From positions 1 through 64,000 of the IMG/VR virus record IMGVR_UViG_3300037851_000215: a stretch of 64,000 nucleotides of DNA. One strand, 5' to 3'. The DNA comes from a virus. Under the pieces are notes generated by a model. It did no database searches. It saw only the letters and a list, made by a program, of their open reading frames with translations, and was not told where the DNA came from. This document shows, in pieces, positions 17,022-26,558 of the stretch (positions are counted from its first letter, which is position 1; each line of letters starts with the position of its first letter). Position numbers and translations under genes: made by a program.

Positions 17022-18128
17022 ATGAAACTAATTGCAAATAATGATTTAAAAACATATATACTACAAAATTATGATCAAGTTAATATATTCGCTACATATT
17101 TGGAAATACCTGCAAGTGATATAGATTATTGTTTACAACACACTTCTAACAAAATAAACAATCCATTAAGAGATGATGTAAATCCATCATTAGGCTTTAA
17201 ATATAGTACAGATAAGCAAACTGGTGAAGTTAAAATAAAAATGTATGATTTTGCTGATTCATATTATAGAGGAGATTGTTTTGATTTAGTAGGCATAATT
17301 CGTAGATTTAATGTACGAAATGGAATAGATTTTATTACTATTTGCAGAGACATTATATATACAATGGATAATGCTGATTTACATAACAATATTAGTAGTA
17401 AAATAGTTGTTCCTATAAGAGAAGTATTTACAGATATTCATATTGAAGTTAGATTATGGAATAAATATGATATTGAATTGTGGAATAGTTTTGGTTTGCC
17501 TTTTAAAGAAATTAGTCATATTATATTTCCATTACAAAAAACATTTATTTCTAATTTTAACGATTATCGTTATGCAGAAAATGATCCAGGATATGCTTGG
17601 ATTAGTGGATATTATGACGGTAGAACTTTATATAATCTTTATTTTCCCTATCGTACTGGTAAAGACAAATATCGTCCAAGATTTAAAACTAATAATAAAT
17701 ATTATCAACTTCAATGTATAAGTGATCTTAGACCTGCTGATATTTTAATTATAACAAAAGCAATGAAAGAAAGATTACTTATAAAAAGACTTTTACCTAA
17801 AATATATACTACACATAAAATTGAAGTAACTGCTATAAGTAGCGAAAGTATTGTATTATCAGACTCTTTTGTATTAAGTTTATATGATATTTATCCTACT
17901 ATTATAACTAACTTTGATTTCGACTACGCAGGTTTACGTACAAGTGGTGAACATAAACGCAATTATGGAATGTTACGATTTATGTTAACTAACGGTAAAT
18001 ATGCTACACATAATTATGGTGGTAAAGATTTATGTGAAGTATATAAAAACAAAGGTGAAGGATATTGTTTATTGTTATTACAAGAAGCATATAATTACTT
18101 AATTAATCAATTAAACCTAGAAATATGA
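17022..18128 (+). CDS. DNA primase (crAss-type DnaG/TOPRIM)
   Basis: NPLRDD.NPS.GF, DF....GDCFD, IITK, DFDYAG (DxD), GKDL. Confidence 0.85.
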   Translation: MKLIANNDLKTYILQNYDQVNIFATYLEIPASDIDYCLQHTSNKINNPLRDDVNPSLGFKYSTDKQTGEVKIKMYDFADSYYRGDCFDLVGIIRRFNVRNGIDFITICRDIIYTMDNADLHNNISSKIVVPIREVFTDIHIEVRLWNKYDIELWNSFGLPFKEISHIIFPLQKTFISNFNDYRYAENDPGYAWISGYYDGRTLYNLYFPYRTGKDKYRPRFKTNNKYYQLQCISDLRPADILIITKAMKERLLIKRLLPKIYTTHKIEVTAISSESIVLSDSFVLSLYDIYPTIITNFDFDYAGLRTSGEHKRNYGMLRFMLTNGKYATHNYGGKDLCEVYKNKGEGYCLLLLQEAYNYLINQLNLEI

Positions 18129-18625
18129 CAACATTTCCATTAAATCCTGTTAGAATAGTACTTAGTGTACAAACTAATGTTAGAACTGGTGCCAAAGAAG
18201 TAATATTGTTTACTCCCCTTAAAAAAGAAGAATGTGATTTACTGACAGTTGATGTTAGACGTTATATTCAATTTCCAAAAACTAATTCTGCTAAAACTGA
18301 ACTAGATGCTGCTTTTTTACGTGTTCATAAATTTTCACTATCTAATATACTTAGTATAGGAGATACTAAGTTAGAAACACGTTTAGCTAATATTTATATA
18401 GAAAATACTAGCAGTAAATATAGTGATATATTAAAACGTAACTATAAATGTTTTGTAAATGCTGATTGGAAAAATCCTATTAATAAAGTAAATTTACCAT
18501 ATCACGAAGATGGTGGATGTAGTTGGAATTGTCTTATGGATAAATTAAGACGTCCTGAATTTGGTGTTATTTATACAATGAGTCTTGACATATTTAAAAC
18601 ATTAGAAAATGCAAAAATTGATTAA
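18125..18625 (+). CDS. Hypothetical protein
   Basis: ORF with ATGA overlap. Confidence 0.65.
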   Translation: MTTFPLNPVRIVLSVQTNVRTGAKEVILFTPLKKEECDLLTVDVRRYIQFPKTNSAKTELDAAFLRVHKFSLSNILSIGDTKLETRLANIYIENTSSKYSDILKRNYKCFVNADWKNPINKVNLPYHEDGGCSWNCLMDKLRRPEFGVIYTMSLDIFKTLENAKID

Positions 18626-18902
18626 TTATACAGAAGAACATAGAGCTTATTTATATAATATGAGTTTAAGTCAATATAAAAATTTAAATAAATTAAGAAT
18701 ACATAATGATTATAATGTATTTAAATTTAATATTGATGAAAAAACTATAGTATTAGATAAGAATTCAACTAAATCTGGTACAATTAATATTAAATTTGAA
18801 CTAGGTTGTATTTATATATTTGCATTAAATGAACGTAATGCTATTCGTAAAGTAAATACAATACTTAATTTAATAAGTAAGCAAATAAAAGCCAGTGGTT
18901 AA
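18609..18902 (+). CDS. Hypothetical protein (ALNERNA.RK motif)
   Basis: ORF in operon. Confidence 0.6.
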   Translation: MQKLINYTEEHRAYLYNMSLSQYKNLNKLRIHNDYNVFKFNIDEKTIVLDKNSTKSGTINIKFELGCIYIFALNERNAIRKVNTILNLISKQIKASG

Positions 18903-18906
18903 CAAT

Positions 18907-18929
18907 GCTTTCTTTTTTAAGGGGAGTGA
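18907..18929 (-). repeat. Dispersed motif copy TCACTCCCCTTAAAAAAGAAAGC (intergenic); direct-sense copy at 18212-18229
   Basis: Read directly; its 14-bp core TTTAAGGGGAGTGA recurs exactly at 30227-30240 and 51511-51524. Confidence 0.85.
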
Positions 18930-18963
18930 TCGAATTAAAACAACTAATATAATAATAATTTAA

Positions 18964-19284
18964 ATGCAAACACTGTATAGTATAGAAGATCATGAAACAG
19001 GGGGAATTAAAACATTACTCCATGTTACTAGTTATACTAGTATTGGTTTAGCTGTTGTTATTTATACATCAGATGAATATGGTACACATAAAAGTACAGT
19101 TCGTAGAACATTTTTACGTACTTTGGAATATGCTTATCACGTTAGTTTACGTAAAAAAATTAAAGAACAAGGTGGTTTAATTCATAAAAGAATTTCAGAT
19201 ACACCATTACCTAAAACTAAACGGATAGTTAGTCAATATGAAGGTAGAGATAGTAAAGGTAGATTTATAAAGAAAAGAAAATAA
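18964..19284 (+). CDS. Basic hypothetical protein with C-terminal RDSKGRF motif
   Basis: ORF; short motif common in phage proteins. Confidence 0.6.
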   Translation: MQTLYSIEDHETGGIKTLLHVTSYTSIGLAVVIYTSDEYGTHKSTVRRTFLRTLEYAYHVSLRKKIKEQGGLIHKRISDTPLPKTKRIVSQYEGRDSKGRFIKKRK

Positions 19285-19286
19285 CT

Positions 19287-19574
19287 ATGTCAGAACTAAC
19301 AAATGAAATTCCATATGAAACTAAGTTTGAAGATGGAACTGAAATAACAGATTATTTAGCAGTAGGAATTGCTGAAGGATTTGAGAAAGCTGATTGTGAT
19401 GCAGATGTAATTCGTGCTTGGAGTTATATCTGTGGTAAACAACTATATAGATCATTACAAGGATTTTTTGGAAGAAATGTTGAAGCATTAATAGAAAAAG
19501 GAGTTTTTAGAGGTAATGGTAAAGTAGATTGGGATAGATATACTGAATTATTAAATGAATTTTATAGTACATGA
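19287..19574 (+). CDS. Hypothetical phage protein (LQGFFGR motif)
   Basis: ORF in operon. Confidence 0.65.
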   Translation: MSELTNEIPYETKFEDGTEITDYLAVGIAEGFEKADCDADVIRAWSYICGKQLYRSLQGFFGRNVEALIEKGVFRGNGKVDWDRYTELLNEFYST

Positions 19575-19606
19575 TTGGGATAGATATACTGAATTATTAA
19601 ATGAAT
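19527..19606 (+). repeat. 34-bp exact direct repeat separated by 12 nt
   Basis: GATTGGGATAGATATACTGAATTATTAAATGAAT at 19527-19560 and 19573-19606. Confidence 0.95.
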
Positions 19607-19611
19607 AAATT

Positions 19612-20145
19612 ATGAAAATAGGTACTAAAAGTCTCCTTTTTGGAGTACATCAATTTATTATTCATCCTATTTGTGTAGCTATAGCTTGGTGGAAACTTTA
19701 TGGTTTTCCTAATAAAATACAATATTGGGTAGCTTTTATAGTACATGATTGGGGATATTGGGGAAAAGCTAATATGGATGGTAAAGAAGGTGAAGAGCAT
19801 CCTGAATTGGGTGCTAGGATAATGCATAAATTATTTGATAAATGGTTTATTAATATTTGTGGTAATAAATATCAAACTAAAATTTGGTATAATTTTACTC
19901 TTTATCATTCTAGATTTTATGCTAAAGCTAATAATCATCCTATATCTAAACTATGTATAGCTGATAAATATGCTTTTACTATTCCACCTAAATGGTTATA
20001 TATTCTATTAGGTACATTAAGTAGAGAAATATATGAATATATGCACAAAGGTAGAAGTAGTTTATACTTTCATAGTAAAAGTGCTTGGTATGATTATATA
20101 TATGCTTTTATAATTAATTGGGTTAAAGAAAATAATAAATTTTAA
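19612..20145 (+). CDS. HD-domain phosphohydrolase
   Basis: H..IH, VHDWG, EHPELGA, YHSR, CIADK. Confidence 0.75.
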   Translation: MKIGTKSLLFGVHQFIIHPICVAIAWWKLYGFPNKIQYWVAFIVHDWGYWGKANMDGKEGEEHPELGARIMHKLFDKWFINICGNKYQTKIWYNFTLYHSRFYAKANNHPISKLCIADKYAFTIPPKWLYILLGTLSREIYEYMHKGRSSLYFHSKSAWYDYIYAFIINWVKENNKF

Positions 20146-20148
20146 ACT

Positions 20149-21015
20149 ATGATTATAGGTGTTAGTGGTAAAATAGGAAGTGGAAAAGATACTGTTGGTA
20201 AAATAATACAGTATCTTTGGATTTTAGAAAATCAGCATATATTAAAACTTCTAAATCTTAATCCATTTGAAAGTCTAATAGAACGTAACTTTCCTTTTAA
20301 TAATTATTCTACTTGGCAAATTAAAAAATATGCTGATAAACTTAAAGAATGCGTTAGTATTATTACTGGTATTCCTAGAGCAGATTTAGAGAAGATTGAA
20401 GTTAAAAATAGTGATTTAGGAGATAATTGGGAAAGATGGTATAATTATCATTATAAACTAAAAGGAGAAAATAATCCAAAAGGTAAATTAGATAATTATT
20501 GTGCTACAGAATTAGAAGTAGAAAGACAACATGATAAATGTTCTAATTTTGTAAGTGGTCACTGTTTTGTAAATGAACGAGTAACTGTAAGAATTTTTCT
20601 TCAAGAACTTGGTACTGAAGTTGGTAGACAAATACATCCTAATTTTTGGATAAATGCTTTGTTTACTGATTACAAAGAACAACATCATTCTGTAAATTAT
20701 GGAACAACTGATAATGGTGAAAGAATTCCAATTAGTACAAACATTACTTTTCCTAATTGGATTATTACTGATGTGCGTTATCCTAATGAATTAGAAGCAA
20801 TAAAAAATAGAGATGGAATTATAATTAGAGTGAATAGAAATTCAGCTCCAGTTAGTAAAAATTTAAAATTAGTAGATAATTCATTTGTCAATGAACATCT
20901 TTCTGAAACTGCTTTAGATAATGCTGAATTTGATTATACTATTGATAACAATGGTAGCATTGAAGAATTAATTGAGAAAATTAAAACAATCTTAAAAATA
21001 GAGAAATTGATATAA
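20149..21015 (+). CDS. Deoxynucleoside monophosphate kinase
   Basis: GKIGSGKDT, ADKLK, R..LQ.LGTE.GR, IITDVRYPNE, H.SE. Confidence 0.9.
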   Translation: MIIGVSGKIGSGKDTVGKIIQYLWILENQHILKLLNLNPFESLIERNFPFNNYSTWQIKKYADKLKECVSIITGIPRADLEKIEVKNSDLGDNWERWYNYHYKLKGENNPKGKLDNYCATELEVERQHDKCSNFVSGHCFVNERVTVRIFLQELGTEVGRQIHPNFWINALFTDYKEQHHSVNYGTTDNGERIPISTNITFPNWIITDVRYPNELEAIKNRDGIIIRVNRNSAPVSKNLKLVDNSFVNEHLSETALDNAEFDYTIDNNGSIEELIEKIKTILKIEKLI

Positions 21016-21156
21016 ATGCCTTTGGCGGCTTTGTAAAACCTAGTATTATTATGGATAAACAAACAATTATTAATACGATCTTTTCTCTTAGTAGCATTAT
21101 TGATGCACTAAATAGAGCAGGTAAAAAAAAAGATGAAATTGATAAAGTTATGCCAA

Positions 21157-21483
21157 ATGAGTGATTTAGAATATTATCTTCAAATAGAAGATGATAAATA
21201 TAAATGTAGACCAATATTTAAGATAGTAAATAAATTATCTATTACGTTTCCTAAAATATTATGGGGAAATAGTAATAGATATGAATTAATACTTATTTTT
21301 GCTATTGGTAGAATTTTAGATGCCCTTAATAAAAGAGATTTTAAAGATAAATATAGTATATTAGAATTACGAAAAGAAATAAATAGTCTTGATAAATCTC
21401 ATGAACGTCCTCTAACTAATATTAAACTTAGTGAATTAGAAAACGATATAGTTGAATATTGTACTAAAATTAATCCTATATGA
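21157..21483 (+). CDS. Hypothetical protein
   Basis: ORF 21133..21483; MSDLEYY start preferred because it overlaps the stop of a 37-aa upstream ORF. Confidence 0.55.
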   Translation: MSDLEYYLQIEDDKYKCRPIFKIVNKLSITFPKILWGNSNRYELILIFAIGRILDALNKRDFKDKYSILELRKEINSLDKSHERPLTNIKLSELENDIVEYCTKINPI

Positions 21484-21665
21484 GCTTTGAATTAATTATT
21501 AAATGTAAATCTAAACAACAAGCTATGGATATAGCTGCACATTTTGAAGGAGATAGACCTAGTGAAGAATTTCTTAATGATAGATTGAAAAGAGGTTCTA
21601 AAGCAGTTATTAATAATGTAGATATACATTATGAAAAAGACTTAATAATTATTAATATTAAATAA
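21480..21665 (+). CDS. Hypothetical protein
   Basis: ORF with coupled start and stop. Confidence 0.6.
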   Translation: MSFELIIKCKSKQQAMDIAAHFEGDRPSEEFLNDRLKRGSKAVINNVDIHYEKDLIIINIK

Positions 21666-22565
21666 ATGAAACTAATCAAACCTTCTGCACATATTGTGCC
21701 TTTAAACCCTGATCCTCTTAAACATATCGAAGCTATTGCTAGAACATGTTATAAAAGTGAAGATAAGATTACAGATGAAAGTGCTCCTAAATTTGTAAAG
21801 ATGTTATATGATAGAGGACATTATGCAATGCTTGAATTTTATCCTTTTTATTTTCACGTTGATGTTAATCTTACACGTCAATTATCTCATTTAAATCAAC
21901 TTCCTACAATAAACGGTGATTTTAAATATTATGATAGAGGTACGACCACTGTTACAGCTAGTTGTAATTTACGTACTGTTATAATGTTGAATGAATATGA
22001 TAATTCTTTAAGTGATGAGATTACAGCAACTTATCCTAATTTACAATTTCTATTTAAACAAAATAACGTAGAATATACAGGTGCAGCATTAAATGATATT
22101 ATTGAATTAGATCTTCAATATGAAACTGTACGTTTTATTACTAATCGTGGTGTTACTCATGAATTAGTTAGGCATAGGATGTGTAGTTTTGCACAGGAAA
22201 GCACTAGATATTGTAATTATGGTGGAAAGAATATGGAATTTATACTTCCTAGTCATTTTGAACAAGACCATATATCTAAAGAACCATCACACAGTTATTT
22301 AGTTTGGCTAGATACTTTAATTGATGCTGAAAGTATATATAATACATTACTAAAAGATAAACAAACTCCACAACAAGCTCGTGGTATTCTTCCTAATGAT
22401 CTTAAAACTGAGATTGTAGTTCAAGCTCGCTTATCTGAATGGAAACATATATTTAATCTTAGATGTGCTAAAACTGCACATCCTGATATGCAAGAAGTAA
22501 TGATTCCATTAAGAGATAAATTTATTCAGAAATATCCTAATTATTTTGAAAATGGCAATATTTAA
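21666..22565 (+). CDS. thyX: FAD-dependent thymidylate synthase
   Basis: ARTCYKS, GH...LE, RGVTHELVRHR..SFAQESTRY, ARGILP, LR....AHP.MQ. Confidence 0.95.
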   Translation: MKLIKPSAHIVPLNPDPLKHIEAIARTCYKSEDKITDESAPKFVKMLYDRGHYAMLEFYPFYFHVDVNLTRQLSHLNQLPTINGDFKYYDRGTTTVTASCNLRTVIMLNEYDNSLSDEITATYPNLQFLFKQNNVEYTGAALNDIIELDLQYETVRFITNRGVTHELVRHRMCSFAQESTRYCNYGGKNMEFILPSHFEQDHISKEPSHSYLVWLDTLIDAESIYNTLLKDKQTPQQARGILPNDLKTEIVVQARLSEWKHIFNLRCAKTAHPDMQEVMIPLRDKFIQKYPNYFENGNI

Positions 22566-22731
22566 GAAAGACTTATTTGATGAAATACAATCACTTTGTG
22601 ATATGGACGATCATGAACAGATATTTAAATATATATTTGATTATCTAAGTGTAAGTGATTGTGCTGCATTGGTACAACATATTAAAGAAGAAAAAGGATT
22701 AATAACTAATAACGATAATGAAGATGAATAG
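22546..22731 (+). CDS. Small acidic hypothetical protein
   Basis: ORF in operon. Confidence 0.6.
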   Translation: MKMAIFKKDLFDEIQSLCDMDDHEQIFKYIFDYLSVSDCAALVQHIKEEKGLITNNDNEDE

Positions 22732-23017
22732 ATTTTATGAATTATTAGAATCAGTTTCTAATTTATTTGATAAAAGAATAGGAATTAAAGATAGAAGTAA
22801 ATTACGTAAATTAGTAAGTAAATTTACTCCTAGACAAAAACGAGATGAAAAAGGTAATAAAATTTATTACAAAGTATTTAATAAGCAACAATTAGTTGGT
22901 ACTTTAATTAGAGTTAATAAACACTTAGCTTATAGAGTTATTAAAGGTGTTGAACTAAGTGGTGATGGTAGAATGGTTGATGGTAAACATGAATTAATAA
23001 AAGTTAAACTTAGATAA
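22718..23017 (+). CDS. Basic hypothetical protein
   Basis: ORF in operon. Confidence 0.6.
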   Translation: MKMNRFYELLESVSNLFDKRIGIKDRSKLRKLVSKFTPRQKRDEKGNKIYYKVFNKQQLVGTLIRVNKHLAYRVIKGVELSGDGRMVDGKHELIKVKLR

Positions 23018-23025
23018 ATAAAACT

Positions 23026-23364
23026 ATGGCTACATTAAAAATTACAGGACTTAGCAAATTACAAGCTAATGCAATTACTATGTTATTTGAAGATCAAGAT
23101 GAAATAATTGAACTTATAAATGATAAATTAACAAATAATGATTTATCACCAATTCAATTAGATAATATTTATTATGATGAAAATGGAGATGATATAATAA
23201 CATTAGTAAATAATGATGAAGATGAAGATGAACCTGGATATGAACCAGAAGATTGTGAATGTAGAGCAGAATCAGAAGCACAAGGGATAGAATATGAAAA
23301 AAACTTTACTCCATCTGATGATAAAACTTTCTGGATTTGTGATAATTGTGGTAGGCATCAATAA
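23026..23364 (+). CDS. Very acidic protein with a C-terminal Zn-ribbon
   Basis: About 29 D/E against 7 K/R by hand count; CEC...WICDNCG. Confidence 0.6.
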   Translation: MATLKITGLSKLQANAITMLFEDQDEIIELINDKLTNNDLSPIQLDNIYYDENGDDIITLVNNDEDEDEPGYEPEDCECRAESEAQGIEYEKNFTPSDDKTFWICDNCGRHQ

Positions 23365-23367
23365 GTC

Positions 23368-24534
23368 ATGAGATTATTTGCACGTGATATTAAGGGCAAT
23401 ATTAAAGAATGGAATATTGCCCTTCTTACCAATACTGAAGCAAAAATTAGTACTGGTAGATTAAATGGCAATCTTATTGAAACTATAATTGAATCCCCCC
23501 ATATAGAGAAAGAGATTGCTAGTAGAATTGCTAAAAAGAGAAAAGAAGGATATGTTAGTTTAGATGATCTTAAGTATACACCATATACTAATTTAACTAT
23601 CAATTCATATCTAGAGTCTAATCTTCCTATATTTAATACAGATCATAATAACAATCTTAAACCTATGAAATGTCAAAAGTTTCAAGAAGGTAAGATTACA
23701 TATCCTGCTATTGCTCAACCTAAACTTAATGGTCTTCGTTGTGTACTTCGTTGGGAAACAAATGAACTTGGTGAAGGTATGTTTAAATATAAACACGAAA
23801 GTGCTAAATTAAGAACCAAAGAAGGATTAGAGTATCATATGCCTCATATTACAGATGGTTTGTCTAAACATTTATTTGTTACAGCAGATGGTACTGATTT
23901 AGCATATGATGGTGAATTATATTGTCATGGTATGGGACTTAATAAAATAAAAGCTAGTTGTCCTATGATTAATACCAGAGGTACACTAAGTAATCCATCT
24001 GAAGATCCTAGTAACATATCGTTTCATTGTTTTGATGTTGCTATACCAGATGTACTACAGTATGATAGATTATTTTTTAGAGAAGAATTACGTAATCATA
24101 ATAATATTCATGTAGTAGGTCATATATTTGTACATTCTGATGAAGAAGTTTTAGCATTTAGAGATCAATGTATAATTGGAGGATATGAAGGATGTGTAGT
24201 AAGAGATATACATAGTGAATATGCATTTGGATTTAGACCTAATTTTATACGTAAATGTAAAAAATATCTAGATTCTGAATTTCTTATAATTGATCTTATA
24301 CCAAAGCCTACAGATGATAGTCTTCCATTATTTATTCTTAAAAATGATATAAATGATGAAACATTTGAATGTAATCCTACTGGTGATTGGACTACACAAC
24401 GTGAATGGATGGAAGATAGATTAAATCTTATAGGTAAATGGGCTACTGTTAAATATATGGAACGCAGTGGTGTTAAGAAAGTTCCTTTTCATGCAAATGT
24501 TATTACAATTAGAAATAAGAAAACAGATGGATAA
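23368..24534 (+). CDS. lig: ATP-dependent DNA ligase
   Basis: Motif I QPKLNGLRC, YDGELY, FDV, YEGCVVR, Y..G.R, K.K, C-terminal OB domain ending in VPFH. Confidence 0.92.
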   Translation: MRLFARDIKGNIKEWNIALLTNTEAKISTGRLNGNLIETIIESPHIEKEIASRIAKKRKEGYVSLDDLKYTPYTNLTINSYLESNLPIFNTDHNNNLKPMKCQKFQEGKITYPAIAQPKLNGLRCVLRWETNELGEGMFKYKHESAKLRTKEGLEYHMPHITDGLSKHLFVTADGTDLAYDGELYCHGMGLNKIKASCPMINTRGTLSNPSEDPSNISFHCFDVAIPDVLQYDRLFFREELRNHNNIHVVGHIFVHSDEEVLAFRDQCIIGGYEGCVVRDIHSEYAFGFRPNFIRKCKKYLDSEFLIIDLIPKPTDDSLPLFILKNDINDETFECNPTGDWTTQREWMEDRLNLIGKWATVKYMERSGVKKVPFHANVITIRNKKTDG

Positions 24535-24720
24535 AATGCAATTTCTTTGTGGTCGCAGTCCTACTAAACAATGTGAATTTATAGATACTGCAAGTATGAC
24601 AAAAATAGAATGTGATGTTTGTATTTATACAAGATCGTCTATTCCAGAATATTGTTATAATGAATGTGGTAAAATGAATAGTGAACTATGTAATACGTGT
24701 CCTATGTTAAATCCTGAATT

Positions 24721-25008
24721 ATGCAAAAAGTAACTAAAGATTTATTTCTAAAACTTAAAGCACTTAGACCTTCAGTTCATGCTGTTAGTAGTTATTATGG
24801 TATTCATTGGAAAGATGATAGATCAATTGAACAATATTATCTAGAAATTCCTAATAAACACATTACGTTTAATACTGAAAAAGAATTACAAGATCACCTT
24901 AAAACATTAATTGCTAGTACAGCTAGTGATTTAGGCTTTAGATTTCCTGAGACTACAAGTAAACTTAAAATTGAAACTGGTATTAAAACAGAAGATATGA
25001 AAGATTAA
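24721..25008 (+). CDS. Hypothetical protein (preceded by a small Cys-rich ORF ending at 24733)
   Basis: ORF track. Confidence 0.55.
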   Translation: MQKVTKDLFLKLKALRPSVHAVSSYYGIHWKDDRSIEQYYLEIPNKHITFNTEKELQDHLKTLIASTASDLGFRFPETTSKLKIETGIKTEDMKD

Positions 25009-25062
25009 TTAAAAAATCTTATTTATATCTTTATTTACAAGTTTATTTGTAATCTTATTTAG

Positions 25063-25099
25063 AACAGAAATTAATTTTTACTAATTAATTTCTGTTTTT
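25063..25099 (+). terminator. Hairpin terminator
   Basis: AACAGAAATTAATT / AATTAATTTCTGTT 14-bp inverted repeat plus T-run. Confidence 0.7.
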
Positions 25100-25100
25100 A

Positions 25101-25132
25101 TTTGCATTTCTCAATTAATTTGTGTAAATTTA
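25101..25132 (+). promoter_or_regulatory. Bacteroidota-type promoter (TTTG-N20-TAAATTTA)
   Basis: Same TTTTATTTGCAT context as the 14281 promoter. Confidence 0.55.
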
Positions 25133-25153
25133 ATAAGTAATACTAATGCTATT

Positions 25154-25603
25154 ATGAATAAATATGTAGTTGGTTTTATATTTTTGCCTGATAAAAGTAG
25201 AATTGTACTTATCGAAAAAAAGAGACCTGCTTGGCAAGCAGGATTGTATAATGGAATAGGTGGTCATATTGACGAAAATGAAGAACCTATTGATGCTATA
25301 ATAAGAGAAGTTAATGAAGAAGCTGGAATTGAAACTAGAGAAGAAGATTGGAATTGTTTTGCTGTTGGTACAGAAATTGAAAGTGGTGATATAATTTACT
25401 TCTTTAGTTGTTTTAATGAAATATATAAACACGCATATACAGCTGGAGATGAAGTTATTGTATTAATAGAAATCAAGTATTTATTTCAAAATAAATATCT
25501 AATTCCTAATCTAAATTGGCTTATTCCATTAGCATTAGATGAACAAAATTGTATGGCTAAATTTAATTTTATGTTAAATACTAAATGTAATTCAAATGAG
25601 TAA
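25154..25603 (+). CDS. Nudix hydrolase
   Basis: Nudix box GGHIDENEEPIDAIIREVNEEAG. Confidence 0.92.
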   Translation: MNKYVVGFIFLPDKSRIVLIEKKRPAWQAGLYNGIGGHIDENEEPIDAIIREVNEEAGIETREEDWNCFAVGTEIESGDIIYFFSCFNEIYKHAYTAGDEVIVLIEIKYLFQNKYLIPNLNWLIPLALDEQNCMAKFNFMLNTKCNSNE

Positions 25604-26234
25604 TGTTTTTACTATCGTAAATGAGTATGATGCTCTTTTACAACAAATTGAAGAACTAGGCGGAGAAATAACACCTGAACTTGAAGAACAACTTGTTATT
25701 AAAGAAAAAGAAGTTGCTACTAAAGTACGTGCTTACTATTATGTGATTAAAACTTTAGAAAGTCAAATTGGATTAGCTAAAGGTGAAATTGAAAGATTAG
25801 ATGGTGTAATTAAAACTAAAGAAAATGTTATTAAACGTATTAAAAAATACGTTGATTTAGCATTAGAAGTATTTGGTACAATTAAACCTAGTGGTGCTAA
25901 AGGACTTGATTTACGTGATCTTAAAGTTTGGCAGAAGAAAACTATTGCTTTAAATATAGTAGGAGATATTGATGATGCTAGATTTTGTGAAAAAGAAATT
26001 AAGTTTGTGCTTTCTTACAATGATGCTAAAGAATTATTAGAATATATTGATAAATATCAATCTGTTCCAAACGCATTTGCTCCACTTATTTCTATCAAAG
26101 TAATTAAAGAAAAAGTTAAAACTTGGTTATCTGAAAGAGAAGTTGAACAAACTAATAAAGATATAAACGATGCTGATGATAAAGTCATTAAAGCTGCTAA
26201 TCTTGTTCATAATAGTACAGTTATATTTAAATAA
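25596..26234 (+). CDS. Siphovirus Gp157-family protein
   Basis: GEITPELEEQL, K...Y..VIK.......K.EI.RL coiled coil. Confidence 0.75.
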   Translation: MSNVFTIVNEYDALLQQIEELGGEITPELEEQLVIKEKEVATKVRAYYYVIKTLESQIGLAKGEIERLDGVIKTKENVIKRIKKYVDLALEVFGTIKPSGAKGLDLRDLKVWQKKTIALNIVGDIDDARFCEKEIKFVLSYNDAKELLEYIDKYQSVPNAFAPLISIKVIKEKVKTWLSEREVEQTNKDINDADDKVIKAANLVHNSTVIFK

Positions 26235-26252
26235 CCCCTTTAAAAAAGAAAT

Positions 26253-26555
26253 ATGAGTAAAACAGAGTTTATTAAAAATCTTAATGAGCATTATACTGCA
26301 AATCGTATAGATGCTTGTATTAATTTCATGCATTCTGTAACCAAATTAAGTATTAGTATGTGTGCTAAGATTATACGTAATTTATGGGGATGTAGCGCAC
26401 CTAAGAAATTTGGTACTAATGTATATAACTTGTTAGAAACTACCGCTAATGATGTAGAATATATGCCATTAGTTAGAAAAGATTGTAGTGTTTATTTGAT
26501 TTATCCAGATGAACACGCTGCTGCATTTGCTTTATATAAACTTAAACAAAAATAA
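26253..26555 (+). CDS. Hypothetical protein
   Basis: ORF in operon. Confidence 0.6.
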   Translation: MSKTEFIKNLNEHYTANRIDACINFMHSVTKLSISMCAKIIRNLWGCSAPKKFGTNVYNLLETTANDVEYMPLVRKDCSVYLIYPDEHAAAFALYKLKQK

Positions 26556-26558
26556 AAG

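Noticed and set aside
19527-19606. Mini CRISPR array
   Set aside because: Only two repeats, a 12-nt spacer, the repeat is coding sequence, and there are no cas genes
19612-20145. Z-genome (DatZ/PurZ) or other hypermodified-base pathway
   Set aside because: An HD domain alone is insufficient; no PurZ, Que or hydroxymethylase genes are in the window
21050-21163. Programmed frameshift at the A9 run joining a 37-aa ORF to the next gene
   Set aside because: An ordinary ATGAGTGA start/stop overlap explains the arrangement; A-runs are common in this genome
25014-25061. Iteron-like TTATTT repeats as a replication origin
   Set aside because: Degenerate, low-complexity AT sequence with no initiator gene or skew evidence visible
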